A stretch of DNA of 64,000 nucleotides from Gammaproteobacteria bacterium (GCA_965277405.1 OZ255726.1:512001-576000), one strand, 5' to 3'; counted from the first letter of the stretch, positions 1 to 10,683 are shown. The notes: generated from the sequence alone by a model not told the origin. Numbers and translations: made by a program.

Positions 1-1
1 T

Positions 2-400
2 CCTGTAACTTTTGCTCATCTTGAGGCTGGGCTTAGATTGACAGCTGTTGAATTGCTAGCAGCCCAGAAACTGAGCGGTCATATGCTCAACGCACTGATC
101 TCATCTCTGCCGACTTGGGACGCACTTATCCTCCCTACCCTGCCTGTGCCAGCCCCGCGTCATGGCGATGATTGGCAGGAATTTAGCGGTCGGAAAGTTA
201 CAACACAAAATGCCATGACTTGGTTCTGTTGGCTTGGGAATCTGGCCGGGCTACCATGTCTGACAATTCCTGTAGCTAAATCCAAATCTGGATTACCGAT
301 CGGTATGATGCTAATGGGCAGACTTGGACGTGACGAGGAATTATTAGCGCTCGTGAAAAAGATTGATGAAGATATAAATGGCAAAAGTGATGGGGAATAA
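2..400 (+). CDS. Amidase-family protein, C-terminal part (5' end outside window)
   Basis: Frame open from window start; amidase C-terminal motifs DALILPT, NLAGLPCLTIP, GLPIGMMLMG...DEELL. Confidence 0.75.
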   Translation, partial: PVTFAHLEAGLRLTAVELLAAQKLSGHMLNALISSLPTWDALILPTLPVPAPRHGDDWQEFSGRKVTTQNAMTWFCWLGNLAGLPCLTIPVAKSKSGLPIGMMLMGRLGRDEELLALVKKIDEDINGKSDGE

Positions 401-437
401 AACGGTAAAGATAGGCTGATACTGAAAAATTACACAG

Positions 438-743
438 GAAACCTCTGATTAAGCCCATGACGGACGAGACGGAGCAAAAACGCTGATGATAACTATACGC
501 AGTACTTGATAATACTGGTGGTCTTGTGGGTGTTGCCAAGTGCTGCAACGACGTTAGCGCAGCGTTTTTCCCCGTCCTTCTGTTGAATATACAATGGTTT
601 GCTGCAATTGCTACGCTTGCTGTGTTGCATCCCTTGGCGTATATGCTACGGCATGCGCTTTGCGGTTTGCGCGCGGTCTGCGCCTTGCAATCATCAACAA
701 TTGCCATCAAACTCGCTCCATCAGCGTCTTAATCAGAGCTTCC
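438..743. mobile_element. IS5-TIR MITE copy
   Basis: Ends GAAACCTCTGATTAA...TTAATCAGAGCTTCC; interior matches the other copies in the window. Confidence 0.85.
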
Positions 744-747
744 TTAG

Positions 748-1984
748 GGAAGCTCTGATTAAGACTCGCATATACTCCAATAACTCGCATATACTCCAAA
801 AAAATAATAGCAATAATTTCAATGGTCAATATTTGACCATTTCGCAGATCTTCTGTTGCTGTTTTACTGTTTTTTACTGTTTTTTATTGTTTTTCTTGAA
901 TTTTGGGCGGTTGTATCCTGTTAGTCGTCCGCGCAGCATGTATAAGTTCGTCAATGCCAGCAAAGAAAATACTTGTACTCGATTCTTTTCTAGTCCTTTG
1001 TAGCGAGCTTTCTGATAACCAAACTGACATTTGATTACCCGAAAACAGTGCTCAATCCGGGCGCGCACCTTAGAGTTCTGTGTATTGCGTTGGCGCTGCG
1101 AGCCGCTCATTTGCTGCTTTGGTTTACGTTTATCATTCACGCGCCAATCTATCCCAAGATGACGCGAGCCGCGTTTATAACTGTCGCGCGTATATCCTGC
1201 ATCGGCAAAGATAACCTTATCTGTTTCACGCAGCAATTTGGGGAGTTCATTGATGTCAGCTTCATTCGCGGCTGTGGTGGTAGGCCGCGGCTGTGGTGGT
1301 AGGCATTGCCGCGCTATGAATCATATTGCTATTAGCGTCAGTTCCTATATGAATCTTCATGCCAAAATACCACTGATTGCCTTTCCTTGTTTGATGCATT
1401 TCAGGATCCCGTTTTTTCTCTTTATTCTTCGTAGATGATGGCGCATTGATGGTCGTGGCATCAACCATTGTCCCTTGTGAGATTATTATATTATTTTCCA
1501 TACAATACTCATTCACGACAGCAAGTATCTTTACGCTGAGTTGATGTTTTTCTATGATCCTGCGGGCAAGTTCAAGATGGTAGTTTCATCAGGGATGGCA
1601 TCGTCTATCAGCTCTATATGGGCAAAACGCCGCATGCTTTCCATGTCATATAGTGCTTCTGCTACCCCTGGGTCTGATAAGTTGTACCATTGCTGTAAAA
1701 AATAAATGCGTAACATGGTCTGCATATTAATCGGTGGGCGACCATTCCCTTTCTTGGGATAATGCGGTTCTATTAACTCTAACAACCGTTGCCATGGAGC
1801 TAATTTGTCCATTAACTGCAAGAATTTTTCACGTTTTGTTGTTACTTTCTTGTGGTCGTATGCAGCACTGGCAAAAGTTGTTTGTTTCATAAGATTATCC
1901 GCTTATTCAAATATTCAAATAGATTCACCATTGTATATCTTTGTAGCTGATATTGCTGTTGTTTGGGACTTAATCAGAGATTCC
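748..1984 (-). mobile_element. IS5-family element with frameshifted transposase (fragments 1552-1890, 1262-1516, 874-1236)
   Basis: TIRs GGAAGCTCTGATTAA / TTAATCAGAGATTCC; motifs [53 protein letters not shown]. Confidence 0.9.
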
Positions 1985-1988
1985 CTAA

Positions 1989-2273
1989 AGAAGCTCTGAT
2001 TAAGTCGCTGATGAAGCGAGTTTGCCTGCAATTGCTGATGATTGCAAGGCGCATTCCGCAGGCGCATGCCGTAGCATATACGCCAAGGGATGCAACACAG
2101 CAAGTACCGCTTGTAGGCAAACCATCATCTATTCAATAGAAGGCCGGGAAAAAACGCTGCGCTAACGTCGTTGCAGCACTTGATAATACCACCAGTATTA
2201 TCTGCGCACTGCGTCTAGTTATCATCAGCGTTTTTTCTCCGTCTCGCCCATCATGGACTTAATCAGAGCTTCC
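1989..2273. mobile_element. IS5-TIR MITE copy
   Basis: AGAAGCTCTGATTAA...TTAATCAGAGCTTCC, flanked by CTAA and TTAG. Confidence 0.88.
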
Positions 2274-2364
2274 TTAGTATACAAGCATAAAATTGAAGTA
2301 ATAAAACACTATATTGTGCATGTGCTAAGTGATACTCTGCCGCGTTTTTTATTTTGGATACACC

Positions 2365-3939
2365 ATGCAAACCGCAATGCTCACCCGCCTCTATAAACGT
2401 TCACAAAGTATGAAGGCTGATGTGCTTTCTGGCTTTACTGTGGCATTGGCGCTGGTGCCAGAGGCGGTTGCTTTTGCGTTTATCGTTGGTGTAGAACCAC
2501 TTATTGGCTTATATGCTGCGTTTATAGTTGGCATCATTACCGCGGTAATCGGTGGCAGGCCTGGAATGATTTCTGGTGCGACAGGTGCATTAGCAGTCGT
2601 CATGGTCAGCCTCGTTGCCCTGCATGGCGTGGAATATTTATTTGCAACCGTTGTGTTGATGGGGGTTTTTCAAATACTGGCTGGTGTTTTCCGCCTTGGC
2701 AAGTTCATCCGCATGGTGCCGTATCCTGTTATGCTAGGTTTCGTCAATGGCTTGGCAATTGTGATTTTTATTGCACAATTAGGGCAGTTCAAAGTTGCAG
2801 ATACAAATGGGGTGCTGCAATGGTTGCAAGGCGAAGCGTTATACACAATGCTCGGGTTGGTAGTGCTGACGATGGCTATTATTCATTGGCTACCTAAGTT
2901 GACGCAAGTCATACCATCAACTCTCGCTGCAATTCTTGTTGTGACTGCAATCGTGGTTTTTGCAGATATCGATGTGGCTAGAAACGTTAAAGATGTGCTC
3001 GTCGATATGTCGAATAACCCAAATGCATCAATTGCAGGTGGGCTGCCTGCGTTTCACATTCCAATGGTTGCATTGAATGTCGACACTTTGCGCATTATCG
3101 TGCCGTATGCATTGATCCTCGCAGCAATTGGTTTAATTGAATCTCTGCTGACCTTGACGCTTATTGACGAAATTACAGAAACACGAGGGCGTGGCAATAA
3201 AGAATGCGTTGGACAAGGCGTTGCAAATGTGGTGACTGGATTTTTTGGTGGTATGGGTGGTTGTGCGATGATCGGCCAAAGCATAATAAATATTACCTCT
3301 GGAGGAGTGGGGCGTACCTCTGGTATTGCTGCTGCGTTATTTTTGTTGCTGTTTATTATTGTCGGCTCGAGTTGGATTGAAATCATTCCAATTGCAGCAC
3401 TTGTCGGGGTAATGTTGATTGTTGTTATTAGAACGTTCGAGTGGGCAAGTTTAAAAATGATACGAAAAATTCCACGCTCGGATTCAATCGTTGTCATCAC
3501 GGTAACTGTTGTTACGGTGATAAGCGATTTAGCGATTGCTGTTGTTGTCGGCGTTATTGTATCTGCATTAGTATTTGCTTGGAAGCAAGCGAAGCAAACG
3601 CGGGTTGACTCAGTATTAGAAAATAGTGGTAACCGTAAAATCTACCGCCCCAATGGGCCATTGTTTTTTGGTTCTATCCAAGCCTTTAGAGATAATTTCA
3701 CCCCGAAGCAAGACCCGCAAGAGGTCATTATTGATTTTCAAAATTGCCGGGTCATGGACCACTCAGGTATTGAAGTCATTGGTTCTTTAGTTAAGCGCTA
3801 TCAAAAACGCAAAATTGATATTCATCTGCGCCATCTCAGTATGGACTGCATTAAATTGCTTGACAAATCTGGTAATGTCGCAGAAATTAACCGATCTGAA
3901 GATCCTGACTATAAAGTTGCTCACGATGTGTTCGGTTAA
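2365..3939 (+). CDS. SulP/SLC26 family anion permease with C-terminal STAS domain
   Basis: LALVPEAVAFA, GGRPGMISGATGA, GGMGGCAMIGQS, STAS-like GPLFFGS...IIDF; ATG 2365 chosen as start. Confidence 0.9.
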   Translation: MQTAMLTRLYKRSQSMKADVLSGFTVALALVPEAVAFAFIVGVEPLIGLYAAFIVGIITAVIGGRPGMISGATGALAVVMVSLVALHGVEYLFATVVLMGVFQILAGVFRLGKFIRMVPYPVMLGFVNGLAIVIFIAQLGQFKVADTNGVLQWLQGEALYTMLGLVVLTMAIIHWLPKLTQVIPSTLAAILVVTAIVVFADIDVARNVKDVLVDMSNNPNASIAGGLPAFHIPMVALNVDTLRIIVPYALILAAIGLIESLLTLTLIDEITETRGRGNKECVGQGVANVVTGFFGGMGGCAMIGQSIINITSGGVGRTSGIAAALFLLLFIIVGSSWIEIIPIAALVGVMLIVVIRTFEWASLKMIRKIPRSDSIVVITVTVVTVISDLAIAVVVGVIVSALVFAWKQAKQTRVDSVLENSGNRKIYRPNGPLFFGSIQAFRDNFTPKQDPQEVIIDFQNCRVMDHSGIEVIGSLVKRYQKRKIDIHLRHLSMDCIKLLDKSGNVAEINRSEDPDYKVAHDVFG

Positions 3940-3976
3940 TGTATTTAATCAGCACTTGCCAAGTTAAATACAACAA

Positions 3977-4987
3977 CTACGAAAGATAGCTACGCGCTTG
4001 TGCTAACACTGACGTTATCACTTTAACACCACGTTGTTGCGACACTTCGCGATTTTTGAAGCGGCGGGCACTTGGTAGCCTTGTGCCAGGTTGGCTGAGT
4101 AGTTCTGCGAATAGTTTTTCTGCGCGAGCAGCAGAATCTGTGCTAAATGCACTTGGTTTGATGGCGATAACCAACTCACCGCCAAACGGAACACCAACAG
4201 CTGCGCTAGGTTGTTTTGTTGATTCAAAACTCAGCAAATCGCCAAGCAATGCACCTGCAAGCAATTCTACCATTAAGGCGATTGATGAGCCTTTATAACC
4301 ACCAAAAGGCAGTTGCGCACCTTGCAATGCTTGATCAGGGTCTGTGGTTGGATTACCTGCTTTGTCTATGGCCCAGCCCTTAGGCAATGGCTTTCCTTCA
4401 ATCTTGTGAAGCTGTATTGCACCTCTTGCCGCAACGCTTGATGCTTGGTCAAACACCAAAGGATGGGTATGAGCGCGCGGCCATGCAAAAGCCATGGGGT
4501 TGGTCCCATACAAAGGGCGCGTGCCACCTGCTGGGGCGACAAATGCATTGGCACATGTCCATGCTAACGCAACAAGTCCTTGTTCTGCTAACCACTCCAC
4601 CTCTGGCCATAACGCAGCAATATTAAAGGCATTATTGATTGCCAGCGCAGCAATACCCTGGCTTTGTGCTTTTTTAACAAGAACAGGCAATCCTATTGCT
4701 AGTGCATGTGGGCAGAAACCATTATTGGCATTGACTTGGATAACTGCAGGAGATGGCTGGTTGAGCGTCGCTTGCGCAGTAAGGTTGGCGAACTGCGCTG
4801 CTTTAATATAAAACGCAAGACGGAATAACCCGTGAGCAGCGCAGCCATCACGTTCGGCTTTGGTGATAGTCGTGGCAATTGGCTTGGCTTGCTGCGTTGC
4901 AAAGCCATGTGCAAGTAGGGCAGAGTTGGCAATGTCTTCGATATCTTTGAGTGCGATTGAGGTGTACTCAGTTGTCGTACTTTTCAT
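3977..4987 (-). CDS. Type-2 Ldh/Mdh family NAD(P)H oxidoreductase (DpkA/ComC/AllD-like)
   Basis: AERDGCAAHGLFRL, YGTNPMAFAWP, FDQASS, LPFGGYKGSSIALMVELLAG. Confidence 0.85.
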   Translation of the reverse strand: MKSTTTEYTSIALKDIEDIANSALLAHGFATQQAKPIATTITKAERDGCAAHGLFRLAFYIKAAQFANLTAQATLNQPSPAVIQVNANNGFCPHALAIGLPVLVKKAQSQGIAALAINNAFNIAALWPEVEWLAEQGLVALAWTCANAFVAPAGGTRPLYGTNPMAFAWPRAHTHPLVFDQASSVAARGAIQLHKIEGKPLPKGWAIDKAGNPTTDPDQALQGAQLPFGGYKGSSIALMVELLAGALLGDLLSFESTKQPSAAVGVPFGGELVIAIKPSAFSTDSAARAEKLFAELLSQPGTRLPSARRFKNREVSQQRGVKVITSVLAQARSYLS

Positions 4988-5022
4988 ATAACGCACCTTG
5001 AGTTTTCATTAAATTGGCTGAG

Positions 5023-5074
5023 GGAAGCTCTTATTAACTTCATGATGGGCGAGACGGAATTAATCAGAGCATCC
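5023..5074. mobile_element. Internally deleted mini-MITE (52 bp)
   Basis: GGAAGCTCTTATTAA...TTAATCAGAGCATCC with only one subterminal segment between. Confidence 0.75.
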
Positions 5075-6103
5075 CTAATCACCGCCAAGGCGGCGATAGC
5101 GCTGTGGGTTCATTCCTGTCCAATTTCTAAACGCGCGCGAGAACGACGAGAGTTCCGAATAGCCTAGACTATACGCAACTTCCGTCAACGGCAGATTTGC
5201 GTCGTTCATATAGTGTAAAGCTAATTCGTGACGAGCAGCTTTTACAATGTCAGTAAAATTGAGTCCGTGACTGCGTAGTTTCTTTTGCAGTGCGTGGTCA
5301 GAAATTCCCAGAACATTTGAAATTTCTTGCATCGTTGGTAGACGCGTTCCTAAATGCATCTTTATTTCGTTGCGTACAATTTGGGAGAAATCAACAGGGT
5401 TACTTTGTAACTTCAGCCGCCCTTGCAAAAATGCAGTAACAACCGCAAACAAATAAGGGTCTTGCTTAGGCATAATTGCATCTAAATCACGGTGACGAAA
5501 CCCAACTGCATTGGTGCGCCGACCGAAAACGATTGGCGCACCAAACAGCCGTTCGTGATCATTTATATTGTCTGGTTTTTCATGTTCGAACCGCACTTCT
5601 AAAGGACGCCAATTGTTGCCTAAGGCGGACTTAAATATATTACAAAACATCCCAAGAGAAAGTTCGGCGTCTTGTCTGCGGTCGACTATACGCGGGTCGA
5701 ATATTTTATAGCTTAGCCAAATAATCCCATCATCTGGTATCAGACCAAAGCTCGTCTGATTTTGATGGGCGGAAAAATACAACTCCATATTCCGCAGTGC
5801 CGCAGCAAGCGTTGGTGAGCTGATAGCAGTGTATCCCAACATCCCCAACTGTTTAGGTTGAAAGGAATTGCCGAAGTGCAGCCCAATGTTGTGGTTATGT
5901 GTGCTGTGTGATGCCAACTCAAACAAAGCGCAATACTGCGCCAAATTAACTTCTGCAACTGGTCCTGCTAAATCATTGACTCTAACACCAGCTGCTGCAA
6001 ATATTTTTTCAACATCGCCGCCATTGCGCGCAAACAGACCCACCGCACCATCTGCAGCTGCAGATAATATTTTTGAGGGAACCATATTATTGTTTGTGTT
6101 CAT
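5075..6103 (-). CDS. AraC-family transcriptional regulator (OruR/VirS-like N-terminal domain)
   Basis: C-terminal HTH EVAYSLGYSELSSFSRAFRNWTGMNP; N-terminal LGMLGY..SSPTL; divergent from BMC operon. Confidence 0.9.
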   Translation of the reverse strand: MNTNNNMVPSKILSAAADGAVGLFARNGGDVEKIFAAAGVRVNDLAGPVAEVNLAQYCALFELASHSTHNHNIGLHFGNSFQPKQLGMLGYTAISSPTLAAALRNMELYFSAHQNQTSFGLIPDDGIIWLSYKIFDPRIVDRRQDAELSLGMFCNIFKSALGNNWRPLEVRFEHEKPDNINDHERLFGAPIVFGRRTNAVGFRHRDLDAIMPKQDPYLFAVVTAFLQGRLKLQSNPVDFSQIVRNEIKMHLGTRLPTMQEISNVLGISDHALQKKLRSHGLNFTDIVKAARHELALHYMNDANLPLTEVAYSLGYSELSSFSRAFRNWTGMNPQRYRRLGGD

Positions 6104-6272
6104 ATATGTATTCCTGTTATCTACAACAAAATACAGCTGCAAGTATGGTCTATTCTTTGCATTTTAGCAAATATTTTAGCGACTCTGGAAGATTTGCGCC
6201 GTGTTTACCATGCGCTGGAATTGGCAAACTGATTGACTCAAACCCCTACTCAAATCTCTGGAGTTATTGTAG

Positions 6273-6565
6273 GGAACCTCTGATTAACTCGCTGATGGAG
6301 CGAGGTTGCCTGCAATTGCTGATGATTGCAAGGCGCATTCCGCAGGCGTATGCCGTAGCATATACGCCAAGGGATGCAACACAGCAAGCGTAGCAATTGC
6401 CGCAAACCGTTATATATTCCAGAAGGACGGGAAAAAACGCTGCACTACTACAGCTAACATCGTTGCAGCACTTGATAATACCACCAGTATTATCTGCGCA
6501 CTGCGTCTAGTTATCATCAGCGTTTTTTCTCCGTCTCGCCCATCATGGACTTAATCAGAGGTTCC
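6273..6565. mobile_element. IS5-TIR MITE copy with GTAG target duplication
   Basis: GTAG|GGAACCTCTGATTAA...TTAATCAGAGGTTCC|GTAG. Confidence 0.92.
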
Positions 6566-6700
6566 GTAGGGGTTATTCTGTTGTTAAACACACCAGTCCT
6601 GCGGTCAAGCAGACGCCTGTAGACGGCAGTATAATTTTCAAATAAAACTAGAATTGCAGCGAGAAATCGCGCGTTGAAGACACAACATAAGGGGGAAATT

Positions 6701-7834
6701 ATGAAACTATCACGCCGTCAGTTTTCCAGAAGCCTAGCCGCAGGAGCAGGCTTGGTAACGCTAGGGATGCCGTCAATCGGAGTTGCTAGCCGCAACGATC
6801 AACTAAACATTTTATGTTGGGAAGGTTATAATACCGACAGTTTACTTGACCCATTTAGGAAGGCCAACCCTGGCGCAACCGTCCGCGCTGAAAGCGGTAC
6901 TTCTGATCCAGACATGATCAACAAACTTCGAGCTGGTGAAGTCAACGTCTGGGATTTGATCAATATCAACCAGCCTTGGGCCAGGGAGCAACTGTATCCA
7001 GCGCAGCTGATTAAGCCGCTTAATAAAGAACGTTTCATGCCGCATTTCGAAAAAATGCTGCCAGAATTTTCAGCGCCCTACCCGCTCTCTTTCGCCGACG
7101 ATGGCAATTTAATTGGCATGCCGCAGCGCTACGGTCCATTTAGCTTTGTTGTGAACACCAACAAAATTAGTCGCAAGATGGCAGAAGACCAAGGCTGGAA
7201 TTTATTCTTAGACCCCAAGATGAGTAACCGCTACGGCATACTGACTTATGACAACTGGAATGTCATACATATGTGCCTGACGGCGGGTATTAACCCATTC
7301 AAGCCAGTCGATGCAGATGGTGAGGCAAAATTCAAAACCACAGCAGAGAAAATATTTGCAGGAGCCCAACTTCTGACAGACGACCTGGTAACCATGAACA
7401 CGGCGCTTATCAATGGTGAAATTGACGCGTATTTTACTGGCGGCACATATACAGCATCGCCTGCCCGTCTCGACGGTGCAAAAAATATTCGCGCTATTAC
7501 TCCAAAATCGGGTCCAGTTAATGGTAAGGGCGGCGTTGTTTGGGTTGAATTGACTTCACTGGTAAATAACCCCGATGCAACTAGCCTTGCAGAAGACTTT
7601 TTGGATTTCGTGCAGACGCCAGATAATTCAAAACTAGTCGCCTTTACCGAGGGCACTTATAACCCCGTTGCGCAAATGGGCAACCCCGAGGTTGTTGCTA
7701 AGTTTAGCGCGGATGAACTCGATGCTATCCAGATGGATAGCCTGAGCGATGACTTGAGTAGATCGCTGCAATATGACTCTGTGTCATCGTATGATGCACT
7801 GATCGACATTTATACCAAGGCGCGCCGCTCATAG
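6701..7834 (+). CDS. PotD/PotF-like ABC substrate-binding protein with Tat signal
   Basis: SRRQFSR twin-arginine leader; LNILCWEGY; heads a potABC-like cluster. Confidence 0.82.
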   Translation: MKLSRRQFSRSLAAGAGLVTLGMPSIGVASRNDQLNILCWEGYNTDSLLDPFRKANPGATVRAESGTSDPDMINKLRAGEVNVWDLININQPWAREQLYPAQLIKPLNKERFMPHFEKMLPEFSAPYPLSFADDGNLIGMPQRYGPFSFVVNTNKISRKMAEDQGWNLFLDPKMSNRYGILTYDNWNVIHMCLTAGINPFKPVDADGEAKFKTTAEKIFAGAQLLTDDLVTMNTALINGEIDAYFTGGTYTASPARLDGAKNIRAITPKSGPVNGKGGVVWVELTSLVNNPDATSLAEDFLDFVQTPDNSKLVAFTEGTYNPVAQMGNPEVVAKFSADELDAIQMDSLSDDLSRSLQYDSVSSYDALIDIYTKARRS

Positions 7835-7910
7835 GTTGCTGTCGTCGTCCATGAATAAGTCTGGTCTTTTTGGTTGGGGCTTGCAGAATTTTAGTGTCAG
7901 GGGGTCATAA

Positions 7911-8993
7911 ATGCCAGCGCAACCAATCTTGCGGTTAAAAAACGTCAGCAAAATTTTCGGAAGTTTCACCGCCATCAATAACGTCAGCCTTGATATTAAT
8001 GAAGGTGAATTCTTTACTATTGTTGGTCCTTCTGGCAGTGGTAAATCAACCCTGATACGTCTGCTTGTCGGGATAGACAGTCTCAGCTCGGGCGAGATTT
8101 GGCTAAGAGACAAACGGATAGATACAACGCCTGCCAACGAACGTCCGACATGTATGGTCTGTCAATCGCTGGCACTGTTTCCGCATATGAGCGTCGGTCA
8201 GAATATAGAGTTTTCACTCAAGATACGTAAGATCAACCCAGCAAAGCGCAAGCAACGAGCTATGGAACTGCTAGATTTGCTGCGGCTTCCACAAAACTAC
8301 TACTGGAAAGGCGTCACCGAATGCTCTGGTGGAGAACGCCAACGCGTAGCTCTTGCACGGGCACTGGCATTTGAACCAGAGATTCTGTTCTTTGACGAAC
8401 CCCTCTCATCACTCGATTATCGCTTGAGAAAAATCCTCGAGAAAGAACTTAAACAACTCCATGCTCGGACAGGAACAACTTTCGTGTACATCACCCATTC
8501 GCTTGAAGAAGCCATGATAATGTCTGACCGCATCGCCATCATGAAACAAGGCGAGTTCGTGCAGATTGCGCTTGCGGATGATATTTATAGCAAACCAGTT
8601 AGCAGGTTCGTTGCCCAATTCATGGGTGAAGTTAATTTGTTTGAAATCCAAGGTTGCAAAACCGGTGGTATTCATGGCAACGGCATCGAATTACCCATGA
8701 ATGACCAAGCCGCTGCGCTAGGTATTACGCTGTGTGCAGGCGAGACCGCCACGCTCATGGTTAGGCCAGAAAGCGTGCGTTTTCTTGCAAGATCCGACGC
8801 TAATTGTTTCACTATACGCGGCAAGTTGCAAGCCGAATATGCGCTTGGGTCAAGGGTCCAATACGAAGTGGAGACAAACTCTGGAGAAATTATTACTGTC
8901 GAAAAGCTGCGTGAACATCGATTTGCAGGCAAACATGGCACTCAAGTAAGCCTTGGATTCGACTTTGAAAATGTCCACGTGATTCGGGGCTAG
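7911..8993 (+). CDS. PotA-like ABC ATPase
   Basis: GPSGSGKST, CSGGERQRVALARAL, FFDEP, YITHS, TOBE-like C-terminus. Confidence 0.92.
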   Translation: MPAQPILRLKNVSKIFGSFTAINNVSLDINEGEFFTIVGPSGSGKSTLIRLLVGIDSLSSGEIWLRDKRIDTTPANERPTCMVCQSLALFPHMSVGQNIEFSLKIRKINPAKRKQRAMELLDLLRLPQNYYWKGVTECSGGERQRVALARALAFEPEILFFDEPLSSLDYRLRKILEKELKQLHARTGTTFVYITHSLEEAMIMSDRIAIMKQGEFVQIALADDIYSKPVSRFVAQFMGEVNLFEIQGCKTGGIHGNGIELPMNDQAAALGITLCAGETATLMVRPESVRFLARSDANCFTIRGKLQAEYALGSRVQYEVETNSGEIITVEKLREHRFAGKHGTQVSLGFDFENVHVIRG

Positions 8994-8995
8994 TC

Positions 8996-9850
8996 ATGAA
9001 AAAAGCGGAAAACAGACTCGGAATAATATGTGCCATTCCGTTAGTGGTTGTTTTGCTTCTGAGCTTTTTAGCGCCGCTAATAGTTGTCGCTATGTTTTCG
9101 ATAATGCCACAAAAAGTTTTTAGTTTGTTTCATCTGCCAGATTTTTCAGCGTATGCGGTTTTCGTTGATCAGGGGTATTATCGATCGTTGTTTTGGTCTT
9201 TGTTGATGGCATTGGTTGCGACGCTAGTTCTGCTGTTGATTTGTTGGCCGCTGGCCTACGGTATGGCGAAAGTCTTTGGAAAGTTTACGTTTGTGGTGAC
9301 GGTTGCCGTCGTCATGAGTCTTTTCGTTTCAGAAAACATCAGGCTGTTGGGATGGGTGCTAACCTTAATGAAAGGGGGACTGGTTGAAGGCTACTTTAGA
9401 TACTGGACTGGTTTTGGCTACTCAGGCCCACTCTATAATGTAGGAATCATCATATTTGGTCTGGTGTATGTCTACCTGCCTTTCATGTTGTTTCCGCTTG
9501 TCCAGGGCATTGCTATGGTGCCTGATGATGCCAGGCAGGCTGCCGTAGATTTGGGTGCCAGCCGCTGGCAGGTACTGAAAAACATTGATATTCCTCTGGC
9601 AGCGCCAGGGATTGCTGTTGGGTCATTACTAAGTTTTGTGCTGACAGCTGGCGCGGTTGCAGAGTCAAAACTCCTCGGTGGTCAGGCGGTCATCGTTATG
9701 GCGGATGATATCGAGACAGCGTTCACATTTGGGCAGAATTGGCCCCTTGGCGCAGCTCTTTCCATGATTCTGATCTTAATCATTGGCAGCCTTGCTGTCG
9801 TCGGTATCAGGAAAATAGACCTTGACGCCATCTTGGGGAGAAAACAATAA
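8996..9850 (+). CDS. PotB-like ABC permease
   Basis: Hydrophobic; VYVYLPFMLFPL, QAAVDLGASRWQ (EAA loop), NWPLGAALS. Confidence 0.88.
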   Translation: MKKAENRLGIICAIPLVVVLLLSFLAPLIVVAMFSIMPQKVFSLFHLPDFSAYAVFVDQGYYRSLFWSLLMALVATLVLLLICWPLAYGMAKVFGKFTFVVTVAVVMSLFVSENIRLLGWVLTLMKGGLVEGYFRYWTGFGYSGPLYNVGIIIFGLVYVYLPFMLFPLVQGIAMVPDDARQAAVDLGASRWQVLKNIDIPLAAPGIAVGSLLSFVLTAGAVAESKLLGGQAVIVMADDIETAFTFGQNWPLGAALSMILILIIGSLAVVGIRKIDLDAILGRKQ

Positions 9851-10665
9851 TGCAACACAGCAAAACAACCAAAATCGTTCTGCTAAGCTACGGGTTGTTG
9901 ATTATTTTTTTTCTCTACCTGCCGCTTTTTTCTGTTGGGTTCGCATCGATCTCAAATACGCGCTACCTCACCTTCCCAATCAAAGAATACTCAACCGCAT
10001 GGTACACAAATGCGTTACAGAGCGGCACAGTTCGCGAGCTTATCTATACGTCGTTTATAATCGCAATAATTGTGACAATTGTCTCAGTAGTTGTCGCTTT
10101 TTTTGGCGCGCTCGCATTCGCTCGATATCAATGGCGGTTGCGCGGCGCATTCCAGAAATTCATCTTGCTGCCGATATTCTTTCCCCAAACAGTTTTAGGT
10201 TTGGCGTTGCTTATTTGGTTCAACTCAGTTGGCATAATCCCAAGCTGGAAAACAGCGGTGGTTGCCCACCTTGTTTGGATCGCGCCGATCGCAACACTTA
10301 TTGTAGCGATCAGAGCTTATAGCTTTGACCCTGCCCTAGAAGAAGCAGCCTGTGACATGGGTGCTTCCACTATAACCATCATGAAAGAGATAACACTGCC
10401 ACTGTTGATGCCAGGGCTTGTTGCAGCTGGGTTGTTTGCGTTTCTGTTGAGTTGGGGAAACTTTCCCCTTTCTCTATTCACCACAGGTGCCGATTCGACC
10501 TTGCCCGAATGGCTGTATGCAAAAATGGTATCGGGTTATTCCCCGCTTATTCCAACGCTTGGGGTCATGTCCGTATGCGGGTCATTCCTGTTATTACTCG
10601 TAGCTTGCGCTTTACATTGGCTATTTAAGTCAATCAAAACTAGCCGAGCGAAAAAAAATAGCTGA
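9850..10665 (+). CDS. PotC-like ABC permease
   Basis: FLYLPL, LEEAACDMGAS, TLPEWLY. Confidence 0.88.
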   Translation: MQHSKTTKIVLLSYGLLIIFFLYLPLFSVGFASISNTRYLTFPIKEYSTAWYTNALQSGTVRELIYTSFIIAIIVTIVSVVVAFFGALAFARYQWRLRGAFQKFILLPIFFPQTVLGLALLIWFNSVGIIPSWKTAVVAHLVWIAPIATLIVAIRAYSFDPALEEAACDMGASTITIMKEITLPLLMPGLVAAGLFAFLLSWGNFPLSLFTTGADSTLPEWLYAKMVSGYSPLIPTLGVMSVCGSFLLLLVACALHWLFKSIKTSRAKKNS

Positions 10666-10683
10666 CAAAAATAGGAGAATACA

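Noticed and set aside
276-1003. Recurrent Cys-rich ORFs (LLCCIPWRICYG..., also near 1915, 6073, 31884, 57798)
   Set aside because: Translations of the MITE interior; starts, stops and frames differ between copies
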